The position numbers and the translations under genes are program-made. From positions 27,149,821 to 27,213,820 of the forward strand of contig NC_092379.1 of NCBI RefSeq assembly GCF_030028105.1: DNA of 64,000 nt, read 5' to 3'. Origin of the DNA: Mobula birostris (lineage: Eukaryota). The notes beneath the pieces are model-generated. The model made no database searches, had not been told where the DNA came from, and saw only the letters and a list, made by a program, of their open reading frames with translations. Positions 23,992 to 37,990 of this stretch are shown one piece after another; position 1 is the stretch's first letter; every line of letters begins with the position of its first letter.

Positions 23992-24529
23992 CCGTGCGAA
24001 TTACTGTGATAGACTTCAGATGTGGACATAGTTAACGAACTTTGTACACCGGTAAAGCCAACAATTTTAAGGCGAGTTGCAAAGCGTGGTGGCAATTGAG
24101 ATTTTTCCAGCTCCATTCTCGTTGGTTTGATTTAAAATGCATGTAATTTTATGTCCAGTCTATTTGTATTTTTTTCCCGATGTTAGTGGTACATTTGCGG
24201 GTACTATGCTCACCTTACAAACAATCCGGTGTCCATACTGGCTGACGATGAAAATAATTTCAAGGAATGAATAAGAATAACTAACGTCAGAAAAAAATAA
24301 CAGCACGTGCTATTTCCTTATCTTTTCTCTCAGCCATGGAACATGCAACTGAATTCAACATAATCATTCTCGAAACCGTAATCCACTAGCTAGAACTGAG
24401 GCCTAAATGTACAATTTGATTGTCCATTTCTTAGAAAAAAACAATAAGTTCCGATCAGCCACAGTGTCACCAAAGTGCCACCTGTTCATTCCCCTGTTGT
24501 TCTTATTTTATATTTATGACTATGAAGGT

Positions 24530-25200
24530 ATCCACGACAACGATATCATATTCAAGTTTGCCTGACGATAGCACAGTTGTTTGTCGAAACAAAGGTGGTT
24601 ATCAAGGAGTAAATAGGAGAGAGATTGAAATACTTGGTGGATGCTGCTTCAAACGCAACCTCTTTCTCAACGTCAGGAACAAGATAGATCTGATTATTGA
24701 CTGCAGAGATTTTACTTTTTTTCGCAGCAAGAAGATGACACGTGATATCCATGATACACTCCTCGTTGGCGTACTAAAGGTGGGGATGGACAACAACGGT
24801 AAATTCTTCTGTTTTACCTTGCACAGATCCATGCTGCAGATTTTACTAACGTTTGTATCATGGCCTACTATGGATTGACCAATGTCCGTGAATGGAATTA
24901 TCTTCAGAATTTGTGGACAAGCCCGGTGCACCACATTTGAAAGTCCTTCCCATCGTTGTGCACATGCGCAAGCAGCCCTGTCACTGCATAGAAACATGCG
25001 TCATCAAGAATCCCCACCATCTAAACCATGTCTTCTCCTTACTTCTGCTGTTAGTAACGATGTGTAGAAGGATGTTAGTTCTCATTCTACCAGTTTCGAG
25101 AATAGCTAATACCCAGCAACCAGCAGGCTACTGTATCAGACTTCGATCACTTAACAAAGATTTCACCAATGCCATCTCCTCGATTTGAAGATCTCTAAAA
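24530..25200 (+). mobile_element. Rex1/Babar-like LINE RT 3' fragment
   Basis: DDSTVVCRNKGG..GVNRREIE...NLFLNV and IKNPHHLNHVFSLL motifs. Confidence 0.75.
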
Positions 25201-26189
25201 ACTCCATGGTCACAATATAACTTATTAGGTGTTTCTCAATTAACATTCTGTGTTACGTTATAAATTTACACAATTTGTTGTCTTTGTTCATTGCTTGTAT
25301 ACGTCTTTGCTTTGAAGTAATTTTTCAATGCCTCCATTGTGATACTTTGTAGTTACTGGAAAAGCTTGCAAGATAGCAAATTTCAAGGTAATATATGGCG
25401 AAAATGTTTACCTTGATAAAGATTTTCGTAGAACTTTCAATTTTAAGTCAGAAGCTATTCTCTGTTGCTGTGGCTTAAAGCAATAAATAAATAAATCTCC
25501 TCCTAGTACGTCTGACAGAATACAATAAAGATTCTGCAATGATCCTAATTTAATTCGTGCTTTTTTTTTGGTGTTCTGTTGATCGAAGTACATCGATCAA
25601 GGGATCGATTTATGACATTCCTCAGCACTTGGGAGGCAGTAATTTATATCACTTTGAACGCCGTGCAATCGTTAATCTTTCTCTGTTCTACTACCGTTGG
25701 ATCATGGCCCCGTGAAATATAAACCAGGTACAATAGAAAGGTAACGTTGAACTAAGTTCTCCGTATTGGGATAACACACAAAAAAATAAATAAAAATCAA
25801 AGTTTTAAAACATTTGAAGGGTAAATTTAATGTCAGAGGAATGTATAAAATATATATCCTGAGAGTATTTTTCTTCGCAATTATCCACGAAAACTTAGGA
25901 GTGCGCCATAGAGGAATGACAGTTACATGTCAGAATCCTAAAGACCTCACACCAGCTCCCCAATTCCGCGGGACAGGACGGACAATATAATCATTGAGAC
26001 TTATAATTATCTGATCCGAAATGTGCCAGCAAAGATAGCTCCATCATTATGCAGAATTGATACATAATACCCTGAGAATGCCGAAAGAATGTTGCTAACG
26101 AAATAGAAGTATAGAAACAAACAGACAAAAAAAAAAAAAAAAACAACACCAACAAACAGAAACCGTCGGCTCAAAAACTTGTGCCGGAC

Positions 26190-28160
26190 ATGTCCTTGCC
26201 TCAGAACCACCTAGGCTTACCCATAGGCCTCTATTTTCCAAAAGTCCATGTATCCATCTGGGGGTCTCCGAAAAGAGCCTATTGTTTCTGTTTCCATCAC
26301 CGCCGCCGGCAGCCCATGCCACGCATTACCACTGCCTGCGTGAAAAAAAAAAAATCCCTGATATTTCCGCTGCACCTTAAAACTACGCCCTCTCTTTCCC
26401 GCCACTTCAGCCCTAGGGAAAAGCATCTGACTCTCTAGACGATCAATGCCTAGCATCATCTTGTACACTTCTATCAAGTCACCGCTCATCCTCCGTCGCT
26501 CCTAGGAGAAAATGTCATTCGACCTATTCTCGTAACGCATGCTTCCCAATCCAGGCAACATCCTTGTAAATACCCTCTGCACCTTTTCTATAGTTTCCAC
26601 GTGCTTCCTGTAGTAAGCCGAAAAGAACTGAGCATAGTACACCAAATGAGGTATGACCGAAACCAAATATAGCTGGAAAATTACCTCTCAGCTCCTCAAC
26701 ACAATCCCATGAATGATGTTGGTCAATGCTCCCTATGCATTCTTAACCGCAGAGTCAACCTGCGTGGCAGCATTGAGTGTCCCATGGACTCGAACCCCAG
26801 GATGCCGCTGGTCCTTCATGCTGCCAAGAGTCTCGTCATTCCATTATATTCTGCCATCATAGGTGACCTACCCAACTGAACCCCCTCACTGACCTGGGTA
26901 GAAATCCATCTGCCACCTCGCAGCCCACTTTTGCATTCCTAGCAATGTCGCGCTGTAACTGCTTACAGCCCACACTATCCACAAGTCTCCAACCTTTGAG
27001 TCATCAGAAAATTTACTAACCTATCCCTCCACTGTCTTATCCAGGCTATTTATAAAAAAAAACATGTTACATATTGATGAGGGTAGAACCGTGGATGTAG
27101 TGTATAGGGATTTTAGCGATGACTATATATATATAAGGCAGTTCTGAATCCACACAAAGTAAAGCCCCTCTTCGATCCCATGCAACCGTAAGCCTTGCAT
27201 GGGGTATCTTATCAAAGTCATCGTTAAAATCCATATACACTACTTCTACGGTTCTGCCCTCATCAATATGTAACATTACATCCTTACAAAATTCAATCAG
27301 GCTCGATAGGCACGACCTGACTTTGACAACGCCACGCCAACTATCCCTAATCATATTATACCTCTCTAAATGTTCATAAATCATGTCTGTCAGGATCTTC
27401 TACATCAACCTACGAAAGACTGAAGTAAGACTCACTGGTCTATAATTTCCTGGGCTATCCCTACTCTCTTTCTTGAATAACGGAATAATAATTGCAACCC
27501 TACAATCTGCCGGTGTCTCACCCGTCCAGATTGATGATGCAAAGATCATCCCCAGAGGCCCAGCAGTGTCCTTCCTTCCTCGCCTCTCACAGTAGCCTGG
27601 GGTACATTCCGTCCAGTAACCGTGAGTTATCCAACTTGATATTTTCCAAAAGCCCCAGCATATCCTCTTCCTTAATGTCTTCATGCTTAAGCTTTACTGT
27701 CCACTGCATGTCATCCCTGCAATCACTAAGATTTTTTTTCCATAGTGATTACTGAAACAAAGTATTCATTAAATACTTCTGCCATCTCCTCCGGTTGCAT
27801 ACAAATTTTCCACTATCACATTTGTTTGATCCTATTCTCTCACATCTTATCCTCTTGCCTTTCACAGACTTGCAGATGGCCTTGGGGTTTCCCTGAATCT
27901 TGTCCGTCAAAGCCTTCACATGGCCCCTTCTGGCTTTCCGAATTGCATTCTTAAGCTCCTTCCTGCTAGCCTTATAATCTTCTCGATCTCTAATATAACC
28001 TAGGTTTTTGAACCTTCTATATTCTTCTTGACGAGATTAACAACAACGTTTGTGCACCATGGTTCCTGTACCTTAGCATCCTTTCCCTGTCTCATTCGAA
28101 TGTGTCAACGCAGAGCCACACCAAAATAACCGTTGAACATTTTCCACATTTCTTCCGTAC
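26190..28160 (-). mobile_element. CR1 LINE fragment with internal deletion and inverted insertion
   Basis: Minus-strand pieces IIPLFKKESRDSPGNYRPVSLTS, SCLSSLIEF...DVVYMDF..FDKIPHARL and GDLIEVYKMM. Confidence 0.88.
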
Positions 28161-29964
28161 GTTTTCGCGAGAACATCTGTTTCCAATTTATGCTTCCAAA
28201 TTCCTGTCTGATAGGCTCATACTTGCCCATATTCCAGTTAAACTGGTCCATAATCCAGTCGTATTTAGTTTAATTTATCTCAGTGCCATGTCGATTGCCC
28301 ACTGTAGGCATTTCTCGCTGAAGCACCAGAGTCAATAGCGATCGTACCGATCACATCGCGTAAAAACAGCAAAAAACAAAAAAAAAAAAAAAAAAAAAAA
28401 AGTACAACCACAATCAACAAATACATGCAGCATTAATCGACGTCCCCTAAAACGATTCCACCGATTACGGTTCATTCCAAGCCTAATTCATTTTCCTCCG
28501 ACAGCAGGCACCTAGAGAGACAGTAAGACCAGCATAACGCCGAAAGTCGGCGGCGAATACTCGCCCCTACTCTGTTGCTGTCCTCGTCGAACTGAATCAT
28601 GCTCTACGCCTCGGTCGGAGAGGAGTTCCGGCCATGAGGCTGTACACTTTACATCAAACTTCACTGTATGTCCTCGTAGTTAATAAGGTGCCCTATTGCC
28701 CAATCACCGCAAAATAAAAAAAAACAAGCATACACACACCTCAAAAAGTAACTCGCAGATTCCATTTGCATGTTTTCTAATAGTATAATCATTTGTAAAT
28801 AAATAAGTAAAAAAAAAAGCAAAAGAAGTAATTTAAAGATTTGACTTTAGGACGATGCCACTGGTCGCGTTGTTCACTGGCACCATCAGGACTCCGGCAG
28901 TTTTTCTAATTATAATCAAGAAGCTGTGGATAGGTTCCCTGAAGAAACATGGGGATGCAAGTCTCAAACAGAGCCGTGCTTTTCTGCACTACGATATTAC
29001 AATTAATCGGGAAGCAAGTTGTGAACCCATTCTGCAGCTGCAGCGAGAGACCTCAAAGGAAAATCGTGCCTGGGCCAGATATTATCAACGTGGTCTCAAA
29101 CAGCTGCCGATACTGGAACATCACGTTTATTTTTTATCTCTGTATACAGAAAAGTTTTATCTCTGTCTGTCTCTCTCTCTCTCTCTCTATCAATCACACA
29201 CACACACACACACACATATTTTGTCTGGGAGCGGCGATTTCATTGAACGCGGTGATTCACTGTAGTCTATTTACATGTCATTGCGTAGATTGAGGATATA
29301 TAACAAGCCAATGATCAAACACGAACAATATTTGATTTTATTTTGAATTTCAGTTCTCTTGATCTCCACGTGACCTGGCAGAGAAGCGGCGAAAATAACA
29401 AGAAATAAAATTACAAGCCACACAAACCTAAAATGTTAGCTACAGATGCCACAAAGAGAGGACAGGAAAGAGGAAGATGCAGCGGCAAGGAGAAGGTGAT
29501 GGAGAAAGGAAGACGGGGTTCATGTGGCAAATGATTCAGATAAGGTTACTAATATATAAGCTTTCATTAAGTTTATTAATAAGGATGGCCAGCTGTGGTG
29601 AGATCTATGTTAAGATCAGCATATGGCAAGATATCGCAAAGAGAGTTATCGAAACAATGCACTTATGACCAAAAGGAAGGTTTTCAAATTGCTATATTGT
29701 GAAGCAAAATTCAATCGGGGACGAGTGAAACGCGCTTCCGGCTCCCCAAAATAGAAGTCTGATTTCCATTGCCTGACGTATATCGGATCCGAAGTACAAA
29801 CACGGGAGAGTACCTCGATGAGTCCCTGGAACTTACAAAGCAGACGCTGTGTCCTATATTGATTAAGTTGTTACCATTCCATGGAGAATCTACGTTCAGC
29901 TGCGGCTACAATGCACTCCAGGAAACTCAGTGGGTGATTTTTTTTTTTTTTTTTTTTTTTTTTA

Positions 29965-30305
29965 CAGAACACTCTGGCGCCAATAACAAAGGAGATATAT
30001 GTGTTTCCAAGTGTTCGTCTGAGCTGAGGATGTAGGACCCGATCTGTAACACTGAAGAACAGTTAGTCTGCTAATTCTGGCCAAAAAGTGTGATTTACAG
30101 TCCGTTGGGCATGCTTGAGAACGTCCGATTTATTGCTAAATATATAAATAGCCTGCCATCAGACCAGTCACTAGAGTTTCTTGACAGATTTTCTGCTATT
30201 TATAGGAAATAAAACATTCGGTTCCTGTGACAATCGCATTTGTGAAGTTCTTGTGTAATGAACCCCACATTTTTCTCAGCAATGTAGCAGATTCGAACAA
30301 ATACC
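29965..30305 (+). pseudogene. Putative heavily decayed V relic with RSS-like end
   Basis: Poly-T/ACAG acceptor. Fragments SVTL, PSDQSLEFL, DRFSAI and VPVTI occur in V order. CACATTT (30266-30272) - 24 nt - ACAAATACC (30297-30305). Confidence 0.4.
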
Positions 30306-33300
30306 GAAATGAAAGAGTTATCGCAAAATTTTCACTGCACCCGCGCAGTCAAATCTCCGAAGAAAATGAAACTACTTGGATTTATTTATTTATTTATTTA
30401 TTTTTAAATTGCGTTTCTTATTCACCGTTCCAAGAAGAGAAGCTGGTCTCTGTCATGTCATCAATACCTGAAATGCCTCATTCTTCATAATTCCCCCAGC
30501 CTACTCTTACAACTATTAACATTTGGCTATTGAGTGATTAACATGAGACATTATCTTCTCATGTTTTGGCGGCATGACCATTTATATACAATTTTCTGTA
30601 CGCCACCTTGTGGTGACTGGGGACAGTTCTCCTTCTGTCTTTCTCCGCTCCATGAAGCCGAGAATCTTTCCACTGTAAGTCACGTTAACCATGCGTTTTC
30701 TTCATGTCTTAATTAATACCGAGGCAGAAAGGCTAGATAACTGGAAGTCTGCCTGTCGAAATTAAATTATATTCCTTTTCCTCCTCAAAGTTCTGTACAA
30801 CAGGTTTGATTTAGAAAATTGACATATCTCACGACCCGGTATTGTCATTAAACCGTTTTGACAGTTGTTCCCGTTCCCTTTTCAAGTTGGAAAGACTTGC
30901 TTACGAGTTGCATAATTAACGACTGTAGGCTATTTTTTCGCTCTGCAAGGATAGAGGGGGTGGTAGAATCTGGATGAATATAACCTCTTTTATAAACCGT
31001 GCTTGACCCCCAAGATGAATTGAATAGGCCTAAGGGCTGCTATACTTCATGACATCAATGCCGATGACCATTGTTTGAAATCAGGGCCTCAGGAGAGCTG
31101 TGTTAATCGTAATGGTGTAATGGCTTCGGACATTCCCATCTTGTTTTTACTGAATTCTTTGCTTCAAGTCTGTTGGAAACTATCTCTTTGAGGCAAATCA
31201 ATAAGATAAAAAAAAAACGTTTCTCAAGTACATAAATTTAACATAATATCTTCAGGCAGTAGCTCTGGAACAACCAATAACGAGGTCAGTTATGCTATTT
31301 GCTATCTGGTTGCATTGGAGTACTGCCTTCTCGTGACAGAAGGTCTCATCGACGCCAAAAACACTCAAGTGCGAAGAGGCGGTTTAAGTTGCAATCAGAA
31401 TGTCAGGTCCATTCAGATCAATTTCAGAAGAAGGCATGTGTTCGCGTTATGACAGCAGTGAGCCTCCGACGAATTATGCAACACGTAACTAACTATTGTT
31501 TCTTCAAATAGGTTAAAATTTGCACTGATCACTAATTCCTCACGTATATCGAAAAAGATGCACAACCACAATCGACTCATTCGTTTTGTCCCGGTACGTC
31601 TCCACTCATGCGTCATTAATTCTGTATTGTCTTTACTGACAGCTGTTCCTTTTCTCCAAGGTAAGTATCTGCTTAACTGACGCATGTGCAGAATATCGCC
31701 TCTACTCACATCTAGACTGCTCATAGATGATGTGCTTCTTTGCAAAGCCAATGACAATGAATCCTTGTTTCATTATCCTTCTGTGCTGACCACTGGTCAA
31801 TGATCAACTGTAACACTGAGCTACTATTTTTCTTTTTTTTTGTAGCTAAGGTCCTCTTCTGGTTAACTCACCATCTTGTAGAGGATCGCAAACATATGCG
31901 GAGGGGTTCATCACTGGTTCTGCAGTCCATTGAACAAGATCCTCTCACAGGTTTTCTGCTGTCTATGGGAGCCTGATTTGTGAAATTCAATTAAATATAT
32001 TTAATTCTGCCTTGAATTTCTATGTCTTGAAGAGTAGACTGCACAAACCTCTGCAATGAAAAACAAAGAAAGCAATTGCAAAAATCAGTCGGTAACCGTC
32101 GTAATTGTATGGATAAAATGAAATGAGCAGAGCTGTCTATTCCTCCGAGTTTTCACCGAACGCATTTTAAACATCGTCTGTTTGAAGGCGTACAGCCGGA
32201 ATAGTACAATTCTCTGCACATTTCAAGTGCCTCCTCTGCAGTGACTCTCCGATCCTACATTACGACCTTTTGCTTTTGGACAATCTCGTCCTAAGCATGA
32301 AGTAGCATGTTTTATGATGTTATCAAGCCAACGTGATAGAGATATCATTTGGTATTGGTCTATCGCGATTTTCGCATGGCATGCCACACATGATACTAGG
32401 AAGACATAACGAAACAGAAACTTGTGCCAGCGCACTGGGGGATCTCCTTCCTGGAATCTGAATGGTATAATTAGCAAGGAAATAAAAGTTAGAGAGAGAG
32501 GTATAATACATTATTGTAGTAAAATATTCAAATCGTGAAGAGAATAATGCATGAGTGGTGAAAAAATAAAGAGGGGATATAACCAGACGAGTTAAGAGAG
32601 CTGGAGTGAGAGGCAAGTGGAAAGTGATGAACACAACGATAGAGAAAAGGGACAAAAGGATAAAGAAATAGAAAAAAAAAATGCCTTCTGCAGAAATAGT
32701 GAATATTAAAAAATCCATGTAATCGGTAGCCACTGCATCACTACATTTTCTTCGTAATGAGATATCTTCTGCCATTATCTATTTCCTTACCCGTATCCTG
32801 TCTGAAGCATTGGCATGATACATGCGCGTCATGCGTTGCTATAAGTTTATAAGCAGACAGAGCGCGTTAACTCCGGTTGATATGCAATAGAATGCTGATT
32901 CCCCACGTCAAGTTCTTCGCTTCGGTGCAATCTGTGGATTTTAATCGCTTCCAAACTTCCCGGGTTTTCCATGCGACGAGGCAGCATCCCGTGTCAAAGA
33001 TTCAATGTAGCAGCATCGTTCTGAAGTAACAACTGAAAAAACGAAACTCATGCGCTGAATTGAATCGATAGTGGAACTCTGTTCTGATCTGTACAGTATC
33101 TTGGAGATGGAGAAGAATCTATGTTGAAAAGTTTCCATTCCTGAGGTTGCACTTACCGAATCGACACAGGTTATCAGAGATGGCAGTTTTAAGCAACTTG
33201 CAACACTGTGAGGATATTCCTTTGAAAGAAAAAATCTTAATAGACGGAATTCAATTTGCATTCGGGATTCTGATTTCACTGTATCATTCACAGGCAGGTA

Positions 33301-34489
33301 CTCTGCAAATCTCACTAGCAGTTTTGCTGGATCGTCAACAGGATCATGTTTAGCGACCTTTAGATCTGTAATCGCTGTGCGGCATGTTTACATGCAAACG
33401 ATTAATTTTAATTTCTATTAACATGGTGCATCTCAGTTCCTTGCCTCCTGCACTATATCTTGTCGTGACTCGTGCGGCACAGAGGAAATAATGCTGGATT
33501 TCAGATAATCGGGGATCTTCTTTGTACCGCCTTTCACGCTTTTTCGATGCTCCACAGCGCTGCCGTCAGTTGATAACCTTGCGGTTTCTCCGATAATATG
33601 ACGATAGAAGTTTCCTGTGATGTAGAACTGTGCTTTTGAATGTAAGGATTGACGTCAGCAAAGAGAGCACGAGAATGCAATCACTGCAAGTACAGTGTCC
33701 AGTGTAAATATAGTACGTTTTATTTTTCAGTAACAGTAAAGAATAAAGGTTAGAAAAAGAATTACGTGTGTTAGTGTACTTTGGTACCACTGTCTTTGCA
33801 TCGGTCGGTCCAGCACGACAGTACCACAATGGTATGGGGATGATTTTCTGCAGGCCCTACTGAAAACCTGGCCTGAATTAATATGAAGGTGGAATTTGTC
33901 GAATACAGAATATCCTGGATAATAACCTCCAAGCCACCGGCAGAAACCTTAACCAGATGGGAAGCAGTGGTTCCCCGCAGAGTAGTAAGACAAAACACCC
34001 TGCAGAAAAACTTCGTGTGTCAAATACGACACTTGAGCAATGTTTTCAAGGACGAATGCGGACATCGTGCTTCATCACCTTGAGCATAGTGAATGGAGAT
34101 TCAACCAAAAGGATTTCCGGCTGCTTATACAAATATATATAATGAGCCCGGAATAGTGTTATCACAGCCGGACTGTCGCTCCGCGTTGAATTGTTCGTCA
34201 CATTTTTTTCATAAAGGTTTTCATAAAGAGTATCATGAAAATTTTGTCCATTTGATCGCATTGTCAACGCCTTGTGCTCTACCTCGACTGATGAAAGCTG
34301 CCTTTCTGTTTTCTGAATAGCCATCTCCAAGGCAATTCAACATCCCTATCTTACTATGACATATTGATAGATATAATCACAGCTAATGATCTATATTGCA
34401 AGAGGACTACTGAATGGCTCAATGCTTCCGGTGAATCTGTTATCGGCATTCCCGTCATGAAACGTTAACGATAGGTGTACAACTCTCGA

Positions 34490-36440
34490 AGCGGAGACTG
34501 AAAACACTGCATACATGAGGTTTAGGAAGCAGGGATCGGATGGGTCTATTGAGGGATATAGGAAAGCAAGAAATGAGCTTAAGAAGGGGCTGACAAGAGC
34601 AAGAAGGGAGCATGAGAAGGCCTTGGCGAGTAGGGTAAAGGAAAACCCCAAGGCATTCCTCAATTATGTGAAGAAAGAAGGATGACAGGAGTGAAGGTAG
34701 GACCGATTGGAGATAAAGGTGGGAAGATGTGCCTGGAGGCTGTGGAAGTAAGCGAGGTCCTCAATGAATACTTCTCTTCGGTATTCGCCAATGAGCGGGA
34801 ACTTGATGATGTTGAGGACAAAATGAGTGAGGTTGATGTTCTGGAGCATGTTGATATTAAGGGTGAGAAGATGTTGGAGTTGTTAAAATACATTAGGACG
34901 GATAAGTCCCCGGGGCCTGACGGAATATTCCCCAGGTTGCTCCACGAGGCGAGCGAAGAGATTGCTGAGCCTCTGGCTAGGATTTTTATGACTTGTTGTC
35001 CACGGGAATGGTACCGGAGATTTGGAGGGAGGCGAATGTTGTCCGCTTGCCCAAAAAAGGTAGTAGGGATAGTCCGGGTAATTAATTATAGACCAGTGAG
35101 CCTTACATATGTGGTGGGAAAGCTTTTGGAAAAGATCTGTAGAGATAGGATCTTTGGGTATTTAGAGAATCATGGTCTGATCAGGGACCGTCAGCTTGGC
35201 TTTGTGAACGACAGACCGTGTCTAAGAAGCCTGATAGAGTTCTTTGAGGAGGTGAACAGGCATATAGATGAGGGCAGTGCAGTGGTGTGATCTATATGGA
35301 TTTTAGTAAGGCATTTGACAAGGATCCACACGGTAGACTTATTCAGAAAGTCAGAAGGCATGGGATCCAGGGAAGTTTGGCCAGGTGGATTCAGAATTGC
35401 CTTGCCTGCAGAAGGCAGAGGCTGGTGGTGGAGGGAGTACATTCAATTTGGAGGATTTTGACCAGTGGTGTCCCACAAGGATCTGTTCTGGGTCCTCTAC
35501 TTTTCGTGATTTTTATTAACGACCTGGATGTGGGGGTAGAAGGGTGGGTTGGCAAGTTTTCAGACGAGACAAAGGTTGGTGGTATTGTTGATAGTGTAGA
35601 GGATTGCCACGGATTGCAGAGAGACATTGATAGGATGCAGAAGTGGGCTGAGAAGTGGCAGATGGAGTTCAACCCGGAGAAGTGTGAGGTGGTACACTTT
35701 GGAAGAAGAAACTCCAAGGCAGGATACTTGGTAGTATGGAGGAGCAGGGGGATCTCGTGGTACATGTCCACAGAACCCTGAAAGTTTCCTCACAGGTGGA
35801 TAGAGTAGTTAAGAAAACTTACGGTGTGTTAGCTTTCATAAGCCGAGGGATAGATTTTAAGGGTCGCGATGTAAACATGCAGGTCTATAAAACTCTGGTT
35901 AAGCCACACTTGGAGTACTGTGTCCAGTTCTGGTTACCTTACTATAGGAAGGATGTGGAAGCATTGGAAAGGGTACAGAAGAGATTTACCAGGATGCTGC
36001 CTGGTTTAGAAAGTATGCATTATGATCAGAGATTAAGGGAGCTAGTCCTTTCCTCTTTGGAGAGACGGAGGATGACAGGAGACATGATAGAGGTGTACAA
36101 GATAATAAGAGGAATAGATACAGTTGATAGCCAGCGCCTCTTCCCCAGGGCACCACTGCTCAATACAAGAGGACATAGCTTTAAGGTAAGGGGTGGGAAG
36201 TTCAAGGGGGATATTAGAGGAACGTGTTTTACTCAGAGAGTGGGTGGTGCGTGGAATGTACTGCCTGAGTCAGTGGTGGAGGCAGATACACTAGTGAAGT
36301 TTAAGAGACTACTAGACAGGTATATGGAGGAAGTTAAGGTGTGGGCTTATACGGGAGGCAGGGTTTGAGGGTCGGCACAGCATTGTGGGCCGAAGGGCCT
36401 GTACTGTGCTGTACTATTCTATTTTCTAAGTTCTATGTAT
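34490..36440 (+). mobile_element. CR1 LINE, ~2 kb 3' portion of ORF2 (RT), frameshifted
   Basis: ORFs 34682-35290, 35287-35781 and 35736-36368 (KSPGPDGIFPRLL; NYRPVSLT; GVPQGSVLGPLLFVIFINDL; YCVQFW). Tail tgtactgtgctgtactattctattttctaagttctatg. Confidence 0.95.
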
Positions 36441-36804
36441 GGAAGATGATCTGTTTCCATTACATATTGTGTTTTTTTATTGTTTTTTTTTTCTTTTTTT
36501 TTACTGATCAGAATCCAGCAACTGTTTTCACCGAGAAGGGAAACAAATAAGTTGACCAATGATAAGGAAGAAATAGAAATGCGGAATCCGAGAGAAGCCT
36601 TGTATACTCAGTTGTGGGTGGCTGTAAGAAAAAAACAAACAAACAAACAAACAAACAACGCAAAACACAGCTTGCCCTGCCAGGCATACTGTGCAACAGA
36701 GAGAGCAGAAGTCGTATCTAAAACGTGGTAGCGATTTCCTGAAAGCAGCAGGGACAGTCAGGACATCATGTGTTAAATCCCGAGTTCATTACGCGCAAGG
36801 GAAA

Positions 36805-36850
36805 ATGGGTTTACTCGTAGCTTTACTCGTAGCAGTTGTATTTGGAGCGG
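36805..36850 (+). pseudogene. Possible orphan V leader exon with dead splice donor
   Basis: ATG-GLLVALLVAVVFGA-G followed by ATATTG in place of a GT donor. No V exon found downstream. Confidence 0.3.
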
Positions 36851-36984
36851 ATATTGTATTCGTGGTGCAGCGTTAAAGAGAAGAGTTCGATGCTTTGGCT
36901 CAGAGAACCTTCAGCGTGAAAAGCCGGAGAGTTTAGGCAGACTTTCTTACGGATCCATAGATTTCATATTTTAATCGAATAAGA

Positions 36985-37990
36985 ATGAGAATCAGAATCA
37001 GAATCAGGTTTATTATAACTGGCATGTGATGTGAAATTGGTTAACTTAACAGCAGCAGTTCAATGCAACACAAAATATAGAAGAAATATAACTAAATAAA
37101 ATAATTATATTAATAAATAAATAAGTCAATTACAGTATAGGTATACCGAATAGATTAAAAATCGAGCAAAAACAGAAATACTATACATTAAAAATGTAAA
37201 ATAGTGTCGAAGGTTCAAAGTCCATTTAGGAATCGGAGGCAGCGAGGACGAAGCTGTTCCTGAATCGGTATTGTGTGTGCCTTGAGGCTTCTATACCTCC
37301 CACCTAACGACAACAGTGAAAACGGGCGTACCCAGGGTGCTGGCTGTTCTTAATAATGGACGCTGCCTTTCTGAGACACCGCTCCTATCAGATACCATGG
37401 GTACATTGCATGCTCATATCCGAGATGTAGTTGACTAAATTTATGATCCGCTGCATCTTTTTTACCCCTTTTCCGAGCAGTAGACAACCCACCCACCATA
37501 TCAGACAGATGCAGCCTTTCATAATCCTCTCTATGTTACATCTACAGAAGTTTTTGAGTGTATTTGTTGACATACCAAATCCCTCCAATGTCCTCATGAA
37601 GTATAGCCACCGTCTTCACTTTCTTTATAACTGAATCGATATGTTGGGACCTGGTTTTATCCTCAGAGATCTTGTGACCCAGGAATTTGAAACTATTCAC
37701 TCTCTCTAATTCTGATCTCTAGATGAGCTCCTTCGTCTTACACCTCTGGAAGTCCAAAATCAACTCTTTTGTCTTCCTGACGTTGAGTGCCAAGTTGTTG
37801 TTGCGGCAACACTCTACTAGTTGGCATATCTCACTCTTGTACGCCCTCACGGCACCCCCTGAGATTCTACCGACAATGATTGTAGCGTCAGCAAATTTAT
37901 AGATTTTTTTTTATGTTATGCCTAGCCATGCAGTCAAAAGTATATAGAGATCAGATTAGTGGGATGAGCACGCACCCCTGAGGTACAAGA
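36985..37990 (-). mobile_element. Rex1/Babar-like LINE 3' fragment
   Basis: (AGAATC)n tail. Minus-strand FGMSTNTLKNFCRCNIERIMKGCI and a FAD-like RT motif near 37880-37900. Confidence 0.8.

Noticed and set aside
31755-31960. Possible leader plus short intron
   Set aside because: Needs a frameshift, the intron is only ~50 nt, and no V domain follows.
33771-34330. Minus-strand peptides HYIYLYKQPEILL and ARFSV...KDSGT resembling a V
   Set aside because: Conserved Trp and Cys are absent, spacing is inconsistent and there is no RSS; chance-level similarity.
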